From: a bacterium
Lineage (GTDB): Bacteria; Patescibacteriota; Minisyncoccia; Moranbacterales; GWC2-37-73
Reading direction: 5' to 3'
DNA: 64,000 nucleotides
Assembly: GCA_037140955.1 (NCBI GenBank)
Contig: JBAXDL010000004.1
Coordinates: 15,268-79,267 of the forward strand
Below the pieces are notes generated by a model that was not told the origin of the DNA, searched no databases, and saw only the letters and a program-made list of their open reading frames with translations. Of the stretch, positions 46,484 through 56,964 are shown piece after piece. Position 1 is the first letter of the stretch. The number at the start of each line of letters is the position of its first letter. The translations under genes and the position numbers were made by a program.

Positions 46484-47899
46484 ATGCAGCGAACAAATAT
46501 TATTGATACCCCGAAGTTTATTGGTCAGAGCGTGAAATTGTCAGGCTGGGTGCATATTCGTCGTGATCATGGAAAATTGATCTTTGTTGATTTGCGTGAC
46601 CGAAGTGGAATCATTCAAACTGTTATCATCCCTGATCATGTTGAAGCTCATGACAACGCCAAGCGATTGCGCAGTGAGTTTGTGATTGAAATGGAAGGGA
46701 TTGTGAAGGAGCGGCCAATGAGCGCGAAAAATGAAAAGTCACCAACTGGTGGTGTAGAATTGGAAGTGGCTTCAATAAAAATCATCAATGAGGCAAAAAC
46801 AACTCCTTTTGAATTGACCAAGTCAACAATAGATGTTGATGAGAAGTTGAGATTAAAATACAGATACTTAGACCTTCGCAGTGAACGCATGAAGGAAAAT
46901 ATTTTGACCAGATATCGCGTGATTAAATTTTTCAGAGATTTCCTTGATAAAAAGGGATTTATTGAAGTTGAAACACCAATACTTGGAAAAACAACAGCGG
47001 AAGGATCAAGAGATTATGTTGTTCCTTCAAGAATATACAAGGGAAAATTTTATGCCTTGCCACAATCTCCTCAACAATACAAGCAATTGTTGATGGTGGC
47101 TGGAATTGAAAAATATTTTCAAATTGCAAGATGTTTTCGCGATGAGGACACTCGTGGTGATAGGCAACCTGAATTCACTCAATTGGACATGGAGATGAGT
47201 TTTGTTGAACAAGAAGATGTGATGAATTTGGTTGAGGAAATGTTGATTGATCTTGTTCAAACTCAATTTCCAGAAAAGAAAATTCAAGCAATTCCATTTC
47301 CGAGACTTTCATATGCTGAATCGATGGAGAAATATGGAAATGACAAACCAGATATACGCGAAGACAAAAATGATCCAAATTTGTTGGCTTTCTGCTGGGT
47401 GGTTGATTTTCCATTTTTTGAGAAAGATGAGGAATCTTCAACTGGTTGGACATTCACACACAACCCATTTTCACGTCCAAAACCAGAATTCATGGATCAA
47501 TTGATGAACAAGGAAAATATTGGAGAAATTTTGACAACTCAATATGACATTGTTTTAAATGGTTTTGAAGCTGGCGGTGGAAGCATTAGGAATCATGAAC
47601 CAAAAGCTTTGCGAAAAGTTTTGGAAATCATGGGAATCAATGAGGAAAAAGTTCAAAGAGACTATGGTCATATGCTAGAAGCATTTAAATATGGTGCTCC
47701 ACCACACGGTGGGATTGCTCCTGGTGTTGATCGTTTGGTGATGATTCTTCAAAACGAACCAAACATTAGGGAAGTTATTGCTTTTGCAAAAACAGGAGAG
47801 GCTGAAGATCCAATGATGGAAGCCCCAAGCGTGCTTGATGAAAAGCAACTCAAAGAAGCTGGAATCAAAATTGTTGTAAAAAAGAAAAAAGTTTTATAG
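46484..47899 (+). CDS. aspS: Aspartate--tRNA ligase (compact form)
   Basis: OB-fold N-terminus, motif 2 FRDEDTRGDRQPEFTQLDME; 471 aa, lacks the GAD insertion. Confidence 0.9.
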   Translation: MQRTNIIDTPKFIGQSVKLSGWVHIRRDHGKLIFVDLRDRSGIIQTVIIPDHVEAHDNAKRLRSEFVIEMEGIVKERPMSAKNEKSPTGGVELEVASIKIINEAKTTPFELTKSTIDVDEKLRLKYRYLDLRSERMKENILTRYRVIKFFRDFLDKKGFIEVETPILGKTTAEGSRDYVVPSRIYKGKFYALPQSPQQYKQLLMVAGIEKYFQIARCFRDEDTRGDRQPEFTQLDMEMSFVEQEDVMNLVEEMLIDLVQTQFPEKKIQAIPFPRLSYAESMEKYGNDKPDIREDKNDPNLLAFCWVVDFPFFEKDEESSTGWTFTHNPFSRPKPEFMDQLMNKENIGEILTTQYDIVLNGFEAGGGSIRNHEPKALRKVLEIMGINEEKVQRDYGHMLEAFKYGAPPHGGIAPGVDRLVMILQNEPNIREVIAFAKTGEAEDPMMEAPSVLDEKQLKEAGIKIVVKKKKVL

Positions 47900-47992
47900 T
47901 TAGTTTTTGTTTCTTGTATAAAAGTGGCCAAGCCTTATCTTGTGGACTTGGCCTCTGAAAAATAAACACTTTCATTAGTCAAAAATAAAAAA

Positions 47993-49213
47993 ATGGCAAA
48001 CAAAAAACACAAAGATAATCTTAATGAGGGAAAGTTGAGATTGATAACTTTCATTTCTTTCTTGCTTGGATTTTCACAGTCCTTGCTGGTTTATATTGAA
48101 TCATCTTATTTCAAGCTTTCACTTGGCAGTGAGAATGTTAGTATTTTTTATTTCTTGGCCTATGTTGTTGCACTGATTGGTCTCTTGAACATGCACAAGA
48201 TCATTAGAAGATTAGGAAAATCAACTTCTTTTTTCTTGTTTTTCTTCTTGCAAATCTGTGCCATGGCTGTTTTGACAGTTGTTGTTCCTTCTATTTTGGG
48301 AATAATTCTGCTGATGATTAATATCATAACGGCATATTTGATGTATGTTATTTTAGACATCATCATGGAATCATATTCGGAAGACAAAAAATCTGGCAGA
48401 ATACGTGGTATGCATCTAATGATTATAAGTGCTGGCTTTATGCTTGGTCCAATTCTTTCAACTAGGATTTTGGAGCGGTATAGTTATCATGGTCTTTTTC
48501 TGTTATCAATGGCTATTAGTATGATTATTTTTGTTATTGGACTGATTGGTCTTCGTGGTGGAAACAGTAGGTTTAATGGTAATATTACCACAAGAGATTT
48601 GGTAAAAAAGATTTTTGTGAACAAGAATTTGATGAGGATTTATTGGATTTCTTTTGTGTTGGAATTTTTTTATGCGCTCATGACTGTATATACGCCGTTA
48701 TATTTGTTGGATCTGGGAATGAGCTGGACGCAAATTGGAATTGTGTTCACTATCATGCTTGTTCCATTTGTGGTGGTGGATTATCCAGTTGGTTTGATTG
48801 CTGACAAGAAATTAGGAGAAAAAGAGATGCTTATCTTTGCTTTATTTATGATGGCATTTTCAACTTTTAGCATCTTTTTTATTAAGGTTCCATCTGTTTT
48901 TATTTGGAGTTTTGTGCTTTTGCTAACCAGGGTTGGAGCAGCTATGGCTGAAACATTGCGTGATTCATATTTTTACAAGAGAATTGATGGGGAGGACATG
49001 GATTTGATAAGCTTTTTTAGAACATCTAAGAGTGTGGGTTATATAGCAGCCACGGCTATTTCAGCCATGATTTTGGTGGTATTTTCAATTAAATTTCTGT
49101 TTGTGTTTTTGGCAGTGATAATTTTGTTAGCCTTGTATCCTGCTTTTAATCTGGTTGATAATAAATGCGAGGCAGAGATTGAAGGAGAAAAAAGATGCAA
49201 AAGAAAAGCCTAA
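47993..49213 (+). CDS. MFS transporter
   Basis: 12 predicted TM segments in 6+6 arrangement. Confidence 0.7.
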   Translation: MANKKHKDNLNEGKLRLITFISFLLGFSQSLLVYIESSYFKLSLGSENVSIFYFLAYVVALIGLLNMHKIIRRLGKSTSFFLFFFLQICAMAVLTVVVPSILGIILLMINIITAYLMYVILDIIMESYSEDKKSGRIRGMHLMIISAGFMLGPILSTRILERYSYHGLFLLSMAISMIIFVIGLIGLRGGNSRFNGNITTRDLVKKIFVNKNLMRIYWISFVLEFFYALMTVYTPLYLLDLGMSWTQIGIVFTIMLVPFVVVDYPVGLIADKKLGEKEMLIFALFMMAFSTFSIFFIKVPSVFIWSFVLLLTRVGAAMAETLRDSYFYKRIDGEDMDLISFFRTSKSVGYIAATAISAMILVVFSIKFLFVFLAVIILLALYPAFNLVDNKCEAEIEGEKRCKRKA

Positions 49214-49228
49214 AAAGAAAATATTTTT

Positions 49229-49945
49229 ATGGATTATAACATTAAATTGGAACAATTTGAAGGTCCATTGGACCTGCTTTTGCAGCTTACTCAGCAGGAA
49301 AAGCTTGATATTACTAGAGTGAGTTTGGCAAAAATAACAGATCAATATTTGGAATACATTGCTCAAGCTAAAAATATCACCCTGGCACATTTGGCTGATT
49401 TTCTGACAGTTGCTTCGAGACTTATTTTGATAAAATCAAAAGCTCTTTTGCCGATGCTGGAATTCACCGAGGAGGAAGAGGAGGAAATAAAGGATTTGGA
49501 GTATCAATTGGCTGAATACAAAAAATTTAAAGATGTGGCAGTGAAAATGGCGGAACTTTTTGATTCGTTGGATCATTCTTTTTCGCGCGATGGTTTTGTT
49601 GGCTTGCCAAATCTTTTTTATCCTCCAAAAAATATTACCAGTGAAGATTTGTTGAAATCTTTTTCAAAAATGCTTGGTGAAATTCCAGTGCAAGAAAAAT
49701 TAGAACAAGAAATGATTGAAAACGTTTTGACACTGGAAGACAAGATTTTGCATCTGCAGAAAACTTTGCGACGCAAAGTCGAAACATCTTTTTCAGAGTT
49801 GGTTTCTAATGCAAAGGACAAGGTTGAGATCGTGGTTTCATTTTTGGCAATGCTAGAATTGGTCAAGCAGAGAATTATTCATGTTGAACAAGGAGAACTG
49901 TTTTCAGAAATAAATTTAAAACATATAAGTGATAAAAAAGTATAA
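49229..49945 (+). CDS. scpA: Segregation and condensation protein A
   Basis: N-terminal LEQFEGPLDLLLQL kleisin motif. Confidence 0.8.
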   Translation: MDYNIKLEQFEGPLDLLLQLTQQEKLDITRVSLAKITDQYLEYIAQAKNITLAHLADFLTVASRLILIKSKALLPMLEFTEEEEEEIKDLEYQLAEYKKFKDVAVKMAELFDSLDHSFSRDGFVGLPNLFYPPKNITSEDLLKSFSKMLGEIPVQEKLEQEMIENVLTLEDKILHLQKTLRRKVETSFSELVSNAKDKVEIVVSFLAMLELVKQRIIHVEQGELFSEINLKHISDKKV

Positions 49946-49963
49946 AATTTGTAAAATAAATTT

Positions 49964-50512
49964 ATGGAAAAGGATAATTTAATTTCAGTTTTGGAAAGTT
50001 TGTTGTTTGTTACTGGAGAGCCAATCAAGAAGGCTAAGTTGCTTGGCATCTTGGGAATAGAGATGGAGCAATTGGATGAGGCTTTGCAAGCTTTGATGGA
50101 AAAATATAAAAATGCACAAAGTGGCATTACGCTTTTTTCAAAAGGTGAGGAAATTCAGCTTGTTTCAAGCCCTGAAAATGGTGAGTTTGTTGAGATTTTG
50201 CTGAAAAATGAAATGCAAGATGCGCTTTCTCCGGCTGCTATGGAAGTTGCTTCAATCATTGCATATCGTGGTCCAATCTCAAAAACTGAAATAGAAGCAA
50301 TACGCGGTGTTAATTGTGCATACACTTTGCGTAGCTTACTTTTGCGAGGATTGATTGAGAGAAATGACAATCCAGGTGACTCAAGAGGATATGTGTATGC
50401 CATTTCGTTTGATTTTTTGAAAAAACTTGGAGTTGAAAATGTGAATAATTTGCCAGAATATGATATACTTTCAAAAGATGAAAGGATTAATTCTATAATT
50501 TCAAAAGAATAA
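49964..50512 (+). CDS. scpB: Segregation and condensation protein B
   Basis: LESLLFVTGEPI winged-helix ScpB signature; follows scpA. Confidence 0.8.
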   Translation: MEKDNLISVLESLLFVTGEPIKKAKLLGILGIEMEQLDEALQALMEKYKNAQSGITLFSKGEEIQLVSSPENGEFVEILLKNEMQDALSPAAMEVASIIAYRGPISKTEIEAIRGVNCAYTLRSLLLRGLIERNDNPGDSRGYVYAISFDFLKKLGVENVNNLPEYDILSKDERINSIISKE

Positions 50513-51546
50513 TGGGAATAGTTGCAACAATTTTTATGATCGTTGTTTTTCCTTTTAATTCGCTTTTGGTTTTTCAACAAGGAATTAAAAATGAAACTCA
50601 AGTTAAGGCTGATTTTTCAGTGAAAGAAGAAAGCATCCAAGCGATTGCAATGAAGACCGAGGTTAAGAAGCCAATTGAAGCGCCAAAGCCAAAGGCGCAA
50701 GCTGTTGATTCTCCTCAATATCAGCCTGTTCGCAAAGATGGGGTAAAGGATTTGGTAATTCCAAATGCGCATGCTTCCGTGATTATTGATGCTGACACTG
50801 GAACAATTTTGCACTACAACAATGGGCGCACTCAACGTCAGATCGCATCGCTGACAAAATTGATGACTGCGATTTTGGTGATGGAAAATATTAAAAACTT
50901 GGATGAAGAAGTTACTATCGATGAAGAGCCGGTGTATGCAGATGGAACAAAGATTGGTTGTCCGAGAAGTGGATATTGCATTAGTCAGCGCCTTAAGATT
51001 GGTGAGAAAATCACCGTGCGCAGCTTGCTGCAGGCCATGCTGATGAATAGTGCCAATGATGCAGCTATTGCGCTTGGAAAGCATATGGCAAAAACTCAGG
51101 ACGGCTTTGCTGACGTTATGAACAAAAAAGCCACGGATCTTGGCTTGGTGGATACTCATTTTTGCACGCCGTCTGGACTCGAGCCTGATGGTCGAGAGTC
51201 AGAATGTTTTTCTTCAGCATATGACATTGCAAGAATTGGCGCATACTCATTGCGTTATGATACAATATGGAAAATAGCGCGTCAGCCGAATAATACTATT
51301 ATTAGCTCTGCAGACGGAAAAATTCAACACACTATTTTGAACACTGATCAGCTTCTCGATCAAATGCCAAACATGATTGGTTCTAAGACTGGATTCACTC
51401 CTTTGGCTGGATATTCTCTGCTTTTGGTTGCCGCTGACCCAACAACCAAGCATCGAGCAGTAGCAGTTTTGCTGGATGATTCAACTCGCTGGACTGACAT
51501 TAGAACTGCCATCGATTGGACATTCAAATCACATATTTGGAATTAA
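50512..51546 (+). CDS. Serine-type D-Ala-D-Ala carboxypeptidase (peptidase S11, DacA-like)
   Basis: SxxK (ASLTK), SxN (NSAND), KTG (KTGFT) motifs; N-terminal signal/TM. Confidence 0.8.
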   Translation: MGIVATIFMIVVFPFNSLLVFQQGIKNETQVKADFSVKEESIQAIAMKTEVKKPIEAPKPKAQAVDSPQYQPVRKDGVKDLVIPNAHASVIIDADTGTILHYNNGRTQRQIASLTKLMTAILVMENIKNLDEEVTIDEEPVYADGTKIGCPRSGYCISQRLKIGEKITVRSLLQAMLMNSANDAAIALGKHMAKTQDGFADVMNKKATDLGLVDTHFCTPSGLEPDGRESECFSSAYDIARIGAYSLRYDTIWKIARQPNNTIISSADGKIQHTILNTDQLLDQMPNMIGSKTGFTPLAGYSLLLVAADPTTKHRAVAVLLDDSTRWTDIRTAIDWTFKSHIWN

Positions 51547-51565
51547 TAGTTAAGTATTATTTTTT

Positions 51566-52672
51566 ATGCAATTTGCTCAAATTCAAACCATTCCAGAAAT
51601 AGCAAATGTCTTGAAGGTTCTTATTACTGGAATTTTGGCTTTTGTGCTTGCTTTTGCAATCACTCCTCTGTGGACTCATTTGTTGTATAAATATAAATTT
51701 GGAATCAAAATAAAGAAAAATGATGTCAATGGTGAGAAACTGACGTTTGTTAGTCAATTGCATGCGCACAAATCAGGAACTCCGACCATGGGTGGTGTGA
51801 TTATGTGGGTCAGTATTTTAATTTTAGTTTTTTCTTCTCATTTTATTTTTCCATTTTTGGCGCAATACTTTGGTGTAAATTTTATTGCAAGATTGGATTT
51901 TTTGAGTCGTAAGCAAGTTTGGCTTCCTCTTTTTGCACTTGCTTCGGCTGGAGTTTTGGGGCTTTTTGATGATGTGATGAGTGTGCGTGGTTGGGGAAGC
52001 AATAAAGGAGGTGGAATGCGCTTTGCGATGCGCTTCGGCTGGCTTTTTGCGATTGCTGGTTTTGGCAGTTGGTGGTTTTTTAGTAAGCTTGGTTGGGATG
52101 TTTTGCATGTGCCAGCAGTGGGTGATATTACTATTGGTTTTTGGTATATTCCGCTTTTTATTTTCGTGATTCTGTTTTCAGCAATTTCATCTAATGAGAC
52201 AGATGGATTAGATGGGCTCAATGGAGGTGTTTTGCTTTTGGCATTTTTTTCTTTTGCTATCATTGCATTTTTTCAAAACAAAATTGATTTAAGTGCTTTT
52301 TGCAGTGCTATGGCTGGTGTTGTTACTGCTTTTTTGTGGTTCAATATTCCACCGGCGCGCTTTATGATGGGTGACACTGGAGCAATTTCACTTGGAACAA
52401 CTCTTGGTGTTGTGGCTATGCTTACAAATTCAGCCTTGGTTTTGTTTTTGATTGTTTTTGTTTATGTTTTGGAGTCAGGCAGTGTTGTTGTTCAGCTTAA
52501 TAGTAAGAAATTTTTTCATCGCAAGGTTTTTTTGGCAGCTCCTTTGCATCATCATTTTGAAGCTAAGGGTTGGTCTGAATGCAAGATTGTTATGCGCGCT
52601 TGGATTTTCACGATGATGACAGCACTTATTGGTGTGATGATTGCTATTTTTGGAATGGGTAATCATTTTTAA
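51566..52672 (+). CDS. mraY: Phospho-N-acetylmuramoyl-pentapeptide transferase
   Basis: 10 TM segments; NETDGLDGL and DDV...G motifs. Confidence 0.9.
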   Translation: MQFAQIQTIPEIANVLKVLITGILAFVLAFAITPLWTHLLYKYKFGIKIKKNDVNGEKLTFVSQLHAHKSGTPTMGGVIMWVSILILVFSSHFIFPFLAQYFGVNFIARLDFLSRKQVWLPLFALASAGVLGLFDDVMSVRGWGSNKGGGMRFAMRFGWLFAIAGFGSWWFFSKLGWDVLHVPAVGDITIGFWYIPLFIFVILFSAISSNETDGLDGLNGGVLLLAFFSFAIIAFFQNKIDLSAFCSAMAGVVTAFLWFNIPPARFMMGDTGAISLGTTLGVVAMLTNSALVLFLIVFVYVLESGSVVVQLNSKKFFHRKVFLAAPLHHHFEAKGWSECKIVMRAWIFTMMTALIGVMIAIFGMGNHF

Positions 52673-52835
52673 TATTGTCACACAAGAAGTATCTTAAAAT
52701 TCTTGACCACCTTTCTTTTTGTTACACTTTTGAATAAGTACTCATCATTCAAAAGCTCAATAAGCCGCTGTCGCCGGCTATTTACCAAAAAGTAAAGTGG
52801 TCAAGAGTTTCCTAATTAAATTTAAATATAAAAAT

Positions 52836-53885
52836 ATGGAAATAAGAAAAATTCAAGAAGGTGTTTTTTTGAATAAGAAAGTTTTGGTTAGAGCTGATTT
52901 TAATGTGGCAATTGTTGATGGAAAAATAAAAGAAAGATTCAAGTTGGAAGCTTGCAAGAAAACTATTGAGCATTTGTCTCGTCAGGATGGTGCAAAAATT
53001 GCCCTGATTTCTCATCTTGGAAGACCGGAGGGTAAAGTTCTTGCTGAATTTTCATTGGAGCAAGTCAAGGGCGAACTCGAAAATATTTTGGGCAAAAAAA
53101 TAGTTTTTGTGAATGATTGTCTTGGCGCGGTTGTTGAAAAGGCATTGGCTGATTTGCAAGATGGTGAAATTATTTTATTGGAAAATGTTCGTTTTCATGA
53201 AGGTGATGAAAAAAATGATCCAGAGTTTGGAAAACAATTGGTTGAAAATTTTGATGTTTTTGTTAATGATGCTTTTAGTGTTTGTCATCGCAATCAAGCT
53301 TCTGTAACTGGCGTGGCTGCATATTTGCCTAGTTATGCTGGTGTTTGGCTGCAAGAAGAAATTAAAAATCTTAGTCGTGTTATGCATGAGCCTGAATATC
53401 CATCGACTGCTATTATTGGTGGGGCAAAGATAGAAACAAAATTGCCATTAATACAAAGTTTTGAAAAAGCATATACTCATATTCTTGTTGGAGGAAGAGT
53501 TGCAAATGAGGCAATTGATCAAAAAATAGAATTTTCACCAAAGGTTATTTTGCCAATTGATTTTGCCGAGGATCGCTTGGATATTGGTCCAAAAACAATT
53601 GAAAGATTTAAGGCTATTATTAATCAATCAAGAGTTATTGTTTGGAATGGGCCTATGGGTAAGTTTGAGCAGTCTCCTTATGACAAGGGAACAAGGGAAA
53701 TTTTGGATGTGGTGATTGATAGTGACGCCTTTACTTTGATTGGCGGTGGAGAATCCGTGCAGGTTCTGGAGGAGAATAATCTTATGGATAAGGTTTCATT
53801 TGTTTCAACTGGTGGAGGGGCGATGCTGGAATACTTGAGTGGCAATTTGATGCCAGGAATTGAAGCTCTTCGTGAAAAAAAATAG
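52836..53885 (+). CDS. pgk: Phosphoglycerate kinase
   Basis: KKVLVRADFNV and SHLGRPEGK motifs; GGGA hinge; the ORF extends upstream to a GTG at 52797. Confidence 0.85.
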   Translation: MEIRKIQEGVFLNKKVLVRADFNVAIVDGKIKERFKLEACKKTIEHLSRQDGAKIALISHLGRPEGKVLAEFSLEQVKGELENILGKKIVFVNDCLGAVVEKALADLQDGEIILLENVRFHEGDEKNDPEFGKQLVENFDVFVNDAFSVCHRNQASVTGVAAYLPSYAGVWLQEEIKNLSRVMHEPEYPSTAIIGGAKIETKLPLIQSFEKAYTHILVGGRVANEAIDQKIEFSPKVILPIDFAEDRLDIGPKTIERFKAIINQSRVIVWNGPMGKFEQSPYDKGTREILDVVIDSDAFTLIGGGESVQVLEENNLMDKVSFVSTGGGAMLEYLSGNLMPGIEALREKK

Positions 53886-53922
53886 TTTCTGAAAAATTGA
53901 TATTCGTGGTATACTAAATTAG

Positions 53923-54576
53923 TTGAAAGAATTTAAAATAAAAAATAAAATTTTAAAAGGTGATATGAATAGTCCGCAATTTAAGCTTGGAAATACAGCC
54001 ATCTTTAATCATAAAGTAACAATAGAAGAACTCACTACCATTAATCCTGTTTCCGTTGTTGGTTTATATACTTCTGAGGCATTGCTTTCTACTGGTGTGA
54101 TATTGATTTTGCTTAATAATTTCAATGTTATTTCGCCTGGAGATTATTTTGGGCAGGCTAATTGGGTTACGATGACAATTTTTACAATTGGTCTTTGTAT
54201 TAATTTTATTTCTATTCCATTTTTATATTTCTCAAGTTTTGCGAATTTTCGCAAAGAGTGTGACTTTTGGGACAAGGAAATTTTTTGGATTTTGCCTCTG
54301 TTTTTCTTTGGAACATATTTTTTGTATAATAGCTTTGTTCATTCTGCGCTATTGCTACTCTTTGTTTCTATTGTGTTTATTTCTTTGGTACACGTTTTTT
54401 CAATGCTAAAGGCGCAAAAAATAAGGAAAAAAGAATCGCAAGGTAGTCTCTCTAATAAGGCTAGCTACATGACCAGTCTTGGTTATCTTTCAATTTACTA
54501 CTTATTGTTTTTACTCCTAATGCTTGTTGTTGATCCGCTAAGAAAGATATATGAATTAATTAATCCAGCTTTATAA
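53923..54576 (+). CDS. Hypothetical integral membrane protein
   Basis: 217 aa, five or six TM segments. Confidence 0.35.
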   Translation: MKEFKIKNKILKGDMNSPQFKLGNTAIFNHKVTIEELTTINPVSVVGLYTSEALLSTGVILILLNNFNVISPGDYFGQANWVTMTIFTIGLCINFISIPFLYFSSFANFRKECDFWDKEIFWILPLFFFGTYFLYNSFVHSALLLLFVSIVFISLVHVFSMLKAQKIRKKESQGSLSNKASYMTSLGYLSIYYLLFLLLMLVVDPLRKIYELINPAL

Positions 54577-54598
54577 TAAAAGTGTTTAATAAAAAAAT

Positions 54599-55894
54599 AT
54601 GTTAAAAATTATAGATATTATTGGAAGAGAGATTTTGGATTCAAGAGGAAATCCTACAGTTGAAGTCGAAGTTTTTTTGAGTGGTGGGCAAAGTGCTGTT
54701 GCTGCGGTTCCGTCTGGTGCTTCAACTGGGAAATTTGAAGCACTTGAACTTAGAGATGGGGATGATGCTCGCTATGGTGGTTTGGGGGTACTCAATGCTG
54801 TCAAAAATGTTAATACCTTGATCAAAGAAGCTTTGCTTGGAAAAGATGCTTCGCAGCAGTTGGTTATCGATGAAATAATGCTCGAACTTGATGGAAGTGA
54901 GAACAAATCACATCTTGGAGCTAATGCAATTTTGGGTGTTTCATTGGCAGTGTGTCGCGCTACAGCTAAGGCAAAAAAAATCCCTTTGTATGAATACATT
55001 AATGAAATAGCTGGTTTGAAGGTTAAGCCAAAGCTTCCAGTGCCAATGTTTAATGTTTTAAATGGTGGAATGCATAGTGATAGCGGTCTTAGTATTCAAG
55101 AGTTTAAACTTATTCCAACTGGTATCAAGACATTTGCTGAGCAACTACGAGCCGGCAGTGAAGTTTTTCATAGGCTTAAGAAAATAATTGAAGCAAGTAA
55201 TCACAGTAGTGGCGTTGGCGACGAAGGTGGATTTTCTCCAAAATTAGAAAGCAATACAAAGGCATTGGAACTTATCAATCAGGCATGTGTGGAAAGTGGT
55301 TACAAGCTCGGAACACAACTAAATCTTGGAATTGATGCTGCTGCTAGTAATTTTTTTGACGAAGATGATGGCCATTATTTGGTTAAGCCAGAGGGGGTTT
55401 CTCTTGAACGAGAACGCTTGATTAGCATGTACAAGGAGTGGATTGATAGATATCACGTTGTTTCTATTGAGGATGGATTGGCTGAAGATGATTGGGTTGG
55501 ATGGGCCATTATGACTCAAAAAATTACTGAAAAAAAGATTCTTGGCGGTATTGATAAAAATATTTTAAGTGAGAATATTTTGGTTGGCGATGATTTGCTG
55601 GTTACCAATCCAAAGCGTGTTGAACGTGCAATCAAGGAGAGGGCTTGCAATGCAGTGCTTATTAAGGTTAATCAGATTGGAAGTCTTTCTGAGACATTAG
55701 AATGTATTCGTTTGGCTAAGCAAAACAAAATGAAGGTTATGATTTCTCATCGAAGCGGTGAGACAACTGATGATTTTATTGCTGATTTGGCAGTTGGAAC
55801 AGCTTCGGAGTTTATTAAGTCTGGATCGCTATCTCGCGGAGAAAGGCTTTGCAAATACAATCGTTTGATGAAAATTGAACAAGAGCTGAAATAG
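54599..55894 (+). CDS. eno: Enolase
   Basis: N-terminal REILDSRGNPTVEVEV, SHRSGETTD and other enolase signatures. Confidence 0.95.
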   Translation: MLKIIDIIGREILDSRGNPTVEVEVFLSGGQSAVAAVPSGASTGKFEALELRDGDDARYGGLGVLNAVKNVNTLIKEALLGKDASQQLVIDEIMLELDGSENKSHLGANAILGVSLAVCRATAKAKKIPLYEYINEIAGLKVKPKLPVPMFNVLNGGMHSDSGLSIQEFKLIPTGIKTFAEQLRAGSEVFHRLKKIIEASNHSSGVGDEGGFSPKLESNTKALELINQACVESGYKLGTQLNLGIDAAASNFFDEDDGHYLVKPEGVSLERERLISMYKEWIDRYHVVSIEDGLAEDDWVGWAIMTQKITEKKILGGIDKNILSENILVGDDLLVTNPKRVERAIKERACNAVLIKVNQIGSLSETLECIRLAKQNKMKVMISHRSGETTDDFIADLAVGTASEFIKSGSLSRGERLCKYNRLMKIEQELK

Positions 55895-55939
55895 TTTCGG
55901 AAAAAGCAAACAAAAATAAAAAATAAGGTTTAATTTAAA

Positions 55940-56962
55940 ATGGCAAAAATTCTTACAATCGGTTCTGTTTGCAAGGATATGTTTTTTCCAACAGGAGAAG
56001 GCATTATTGTTGAAACCCCTGATGATATCAATGCTCAAAGAAAAATATCTTTTGAGCTTGGGGCAAAATATCACATAGACGAGCGTCACGAAGCATTGGG
56101 TGGAATTTCAGCTAATGTTGCAGTTGGTCTTGTTAAGCTTGGTCACCACGTAACTATATATGCAAAAATAGGTGATGATGAGACTGGAAAATGGATCATC
56201 AAGCAGCTAAAGAGTATTGGGGTTTTGGTTGTTGCTGATTTTATTGAATCTGATTGTCAAAGCGACCTGTCTTCAATTTTGATTGACACAGTCACTGCCG
56301 ATCGCGTTATTTTTTCCAATCAAATTGCCAATCAAAAATTGATCATTGAAAAAGAAAAAATGGGTCATCCAGATTGGATTTTTATTGGTGACCTAAGCGG
56401 GGCTTGGCAAAAAAATATCGACACCATTGTTGATTTTGCGAAGAAGTATGACACACCAATAGTTTTTAATCCAAGGCAAAAAACAATTCATGACGATGTT
56501 GCAAAAATAATACAAACAATTTCTGTTTGTGAAATTTTGTCAGTCAATAAGGATGAAGCAATTGAGATAGTCCATGGATATAAAAAAGACGTTTTGCTCC
56601 AGCTGTTAAATGAGGAAGAATACTTGCTTGAGAGTTTACATGAAATTGGGGCAAAGATTGTTGTTTTGACTGATGGTGTGCGTGGTGCTTGGGGTTATGA
56701 TGGAATCACTATAAAACATGTTGCTGGTAAAAAACAACAGGCAGTTGACACAACTGGCGCAGGTGATGCTTTTACGAGTGGTTTTTTTGCTGCGCATTTG
56801 AATCATGAGAATATGGAAATAGCTCTTAAATGGGGCATTGAAAATAGCAGTAATTCTATCACTAAATATGGTGGTCAGGATGGTCTTTTGGATGAAAATC
56901 AGATGAAGTCTTTGATCAAAAAAAATGATTTAAAATTTGGATTTGATAATAAAATTTCATAA
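55940..56962 (+). CDS. PfkB-family carbohydrate kinase
   Basis: DTTGAGDAF ATP-site motif; ribokinase-like fold pattern. Confidence 0.75.
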   Translation: MAKILTIGSVCKDMFFPTGEGIIVETPDDINAQRKISFELGAKYHIDERHEALGGISANVAVGLVKLGHHVTIYAKIGDDETGKWIIKQLKSIGVLVVADFIESDCQSDLSSILIDTVTADRVIFSNQIANQKLIIEKEKMGHPDWIFIGDLSGAWQKNIDTIVDFAKKYDTPIVFNPRQKTIHDDVAKIIQTISVCEILSVNKDEAIEIVHGYKKDVLLQLLNEEEYLLESLHEIGAKIVVLTDGVRGAWGYDGITIKHVAGKKQQAVDTTGAGDAFTSGFFAAHLNHENMEIALKWGIENSSNSITKYGGQDGLLDENQMKSLIKKNDLKFGFDNKIS

Positions 56963-56964
56963 AA

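Noticed and set aside
47925-47955. ggccaag...cttggcc hairpin after aspS as a terminator
   Set aside because: The 7-bp stem has a 14-nt loop and no U-run on either strand, so it is not a convincing intrinsic terminator.
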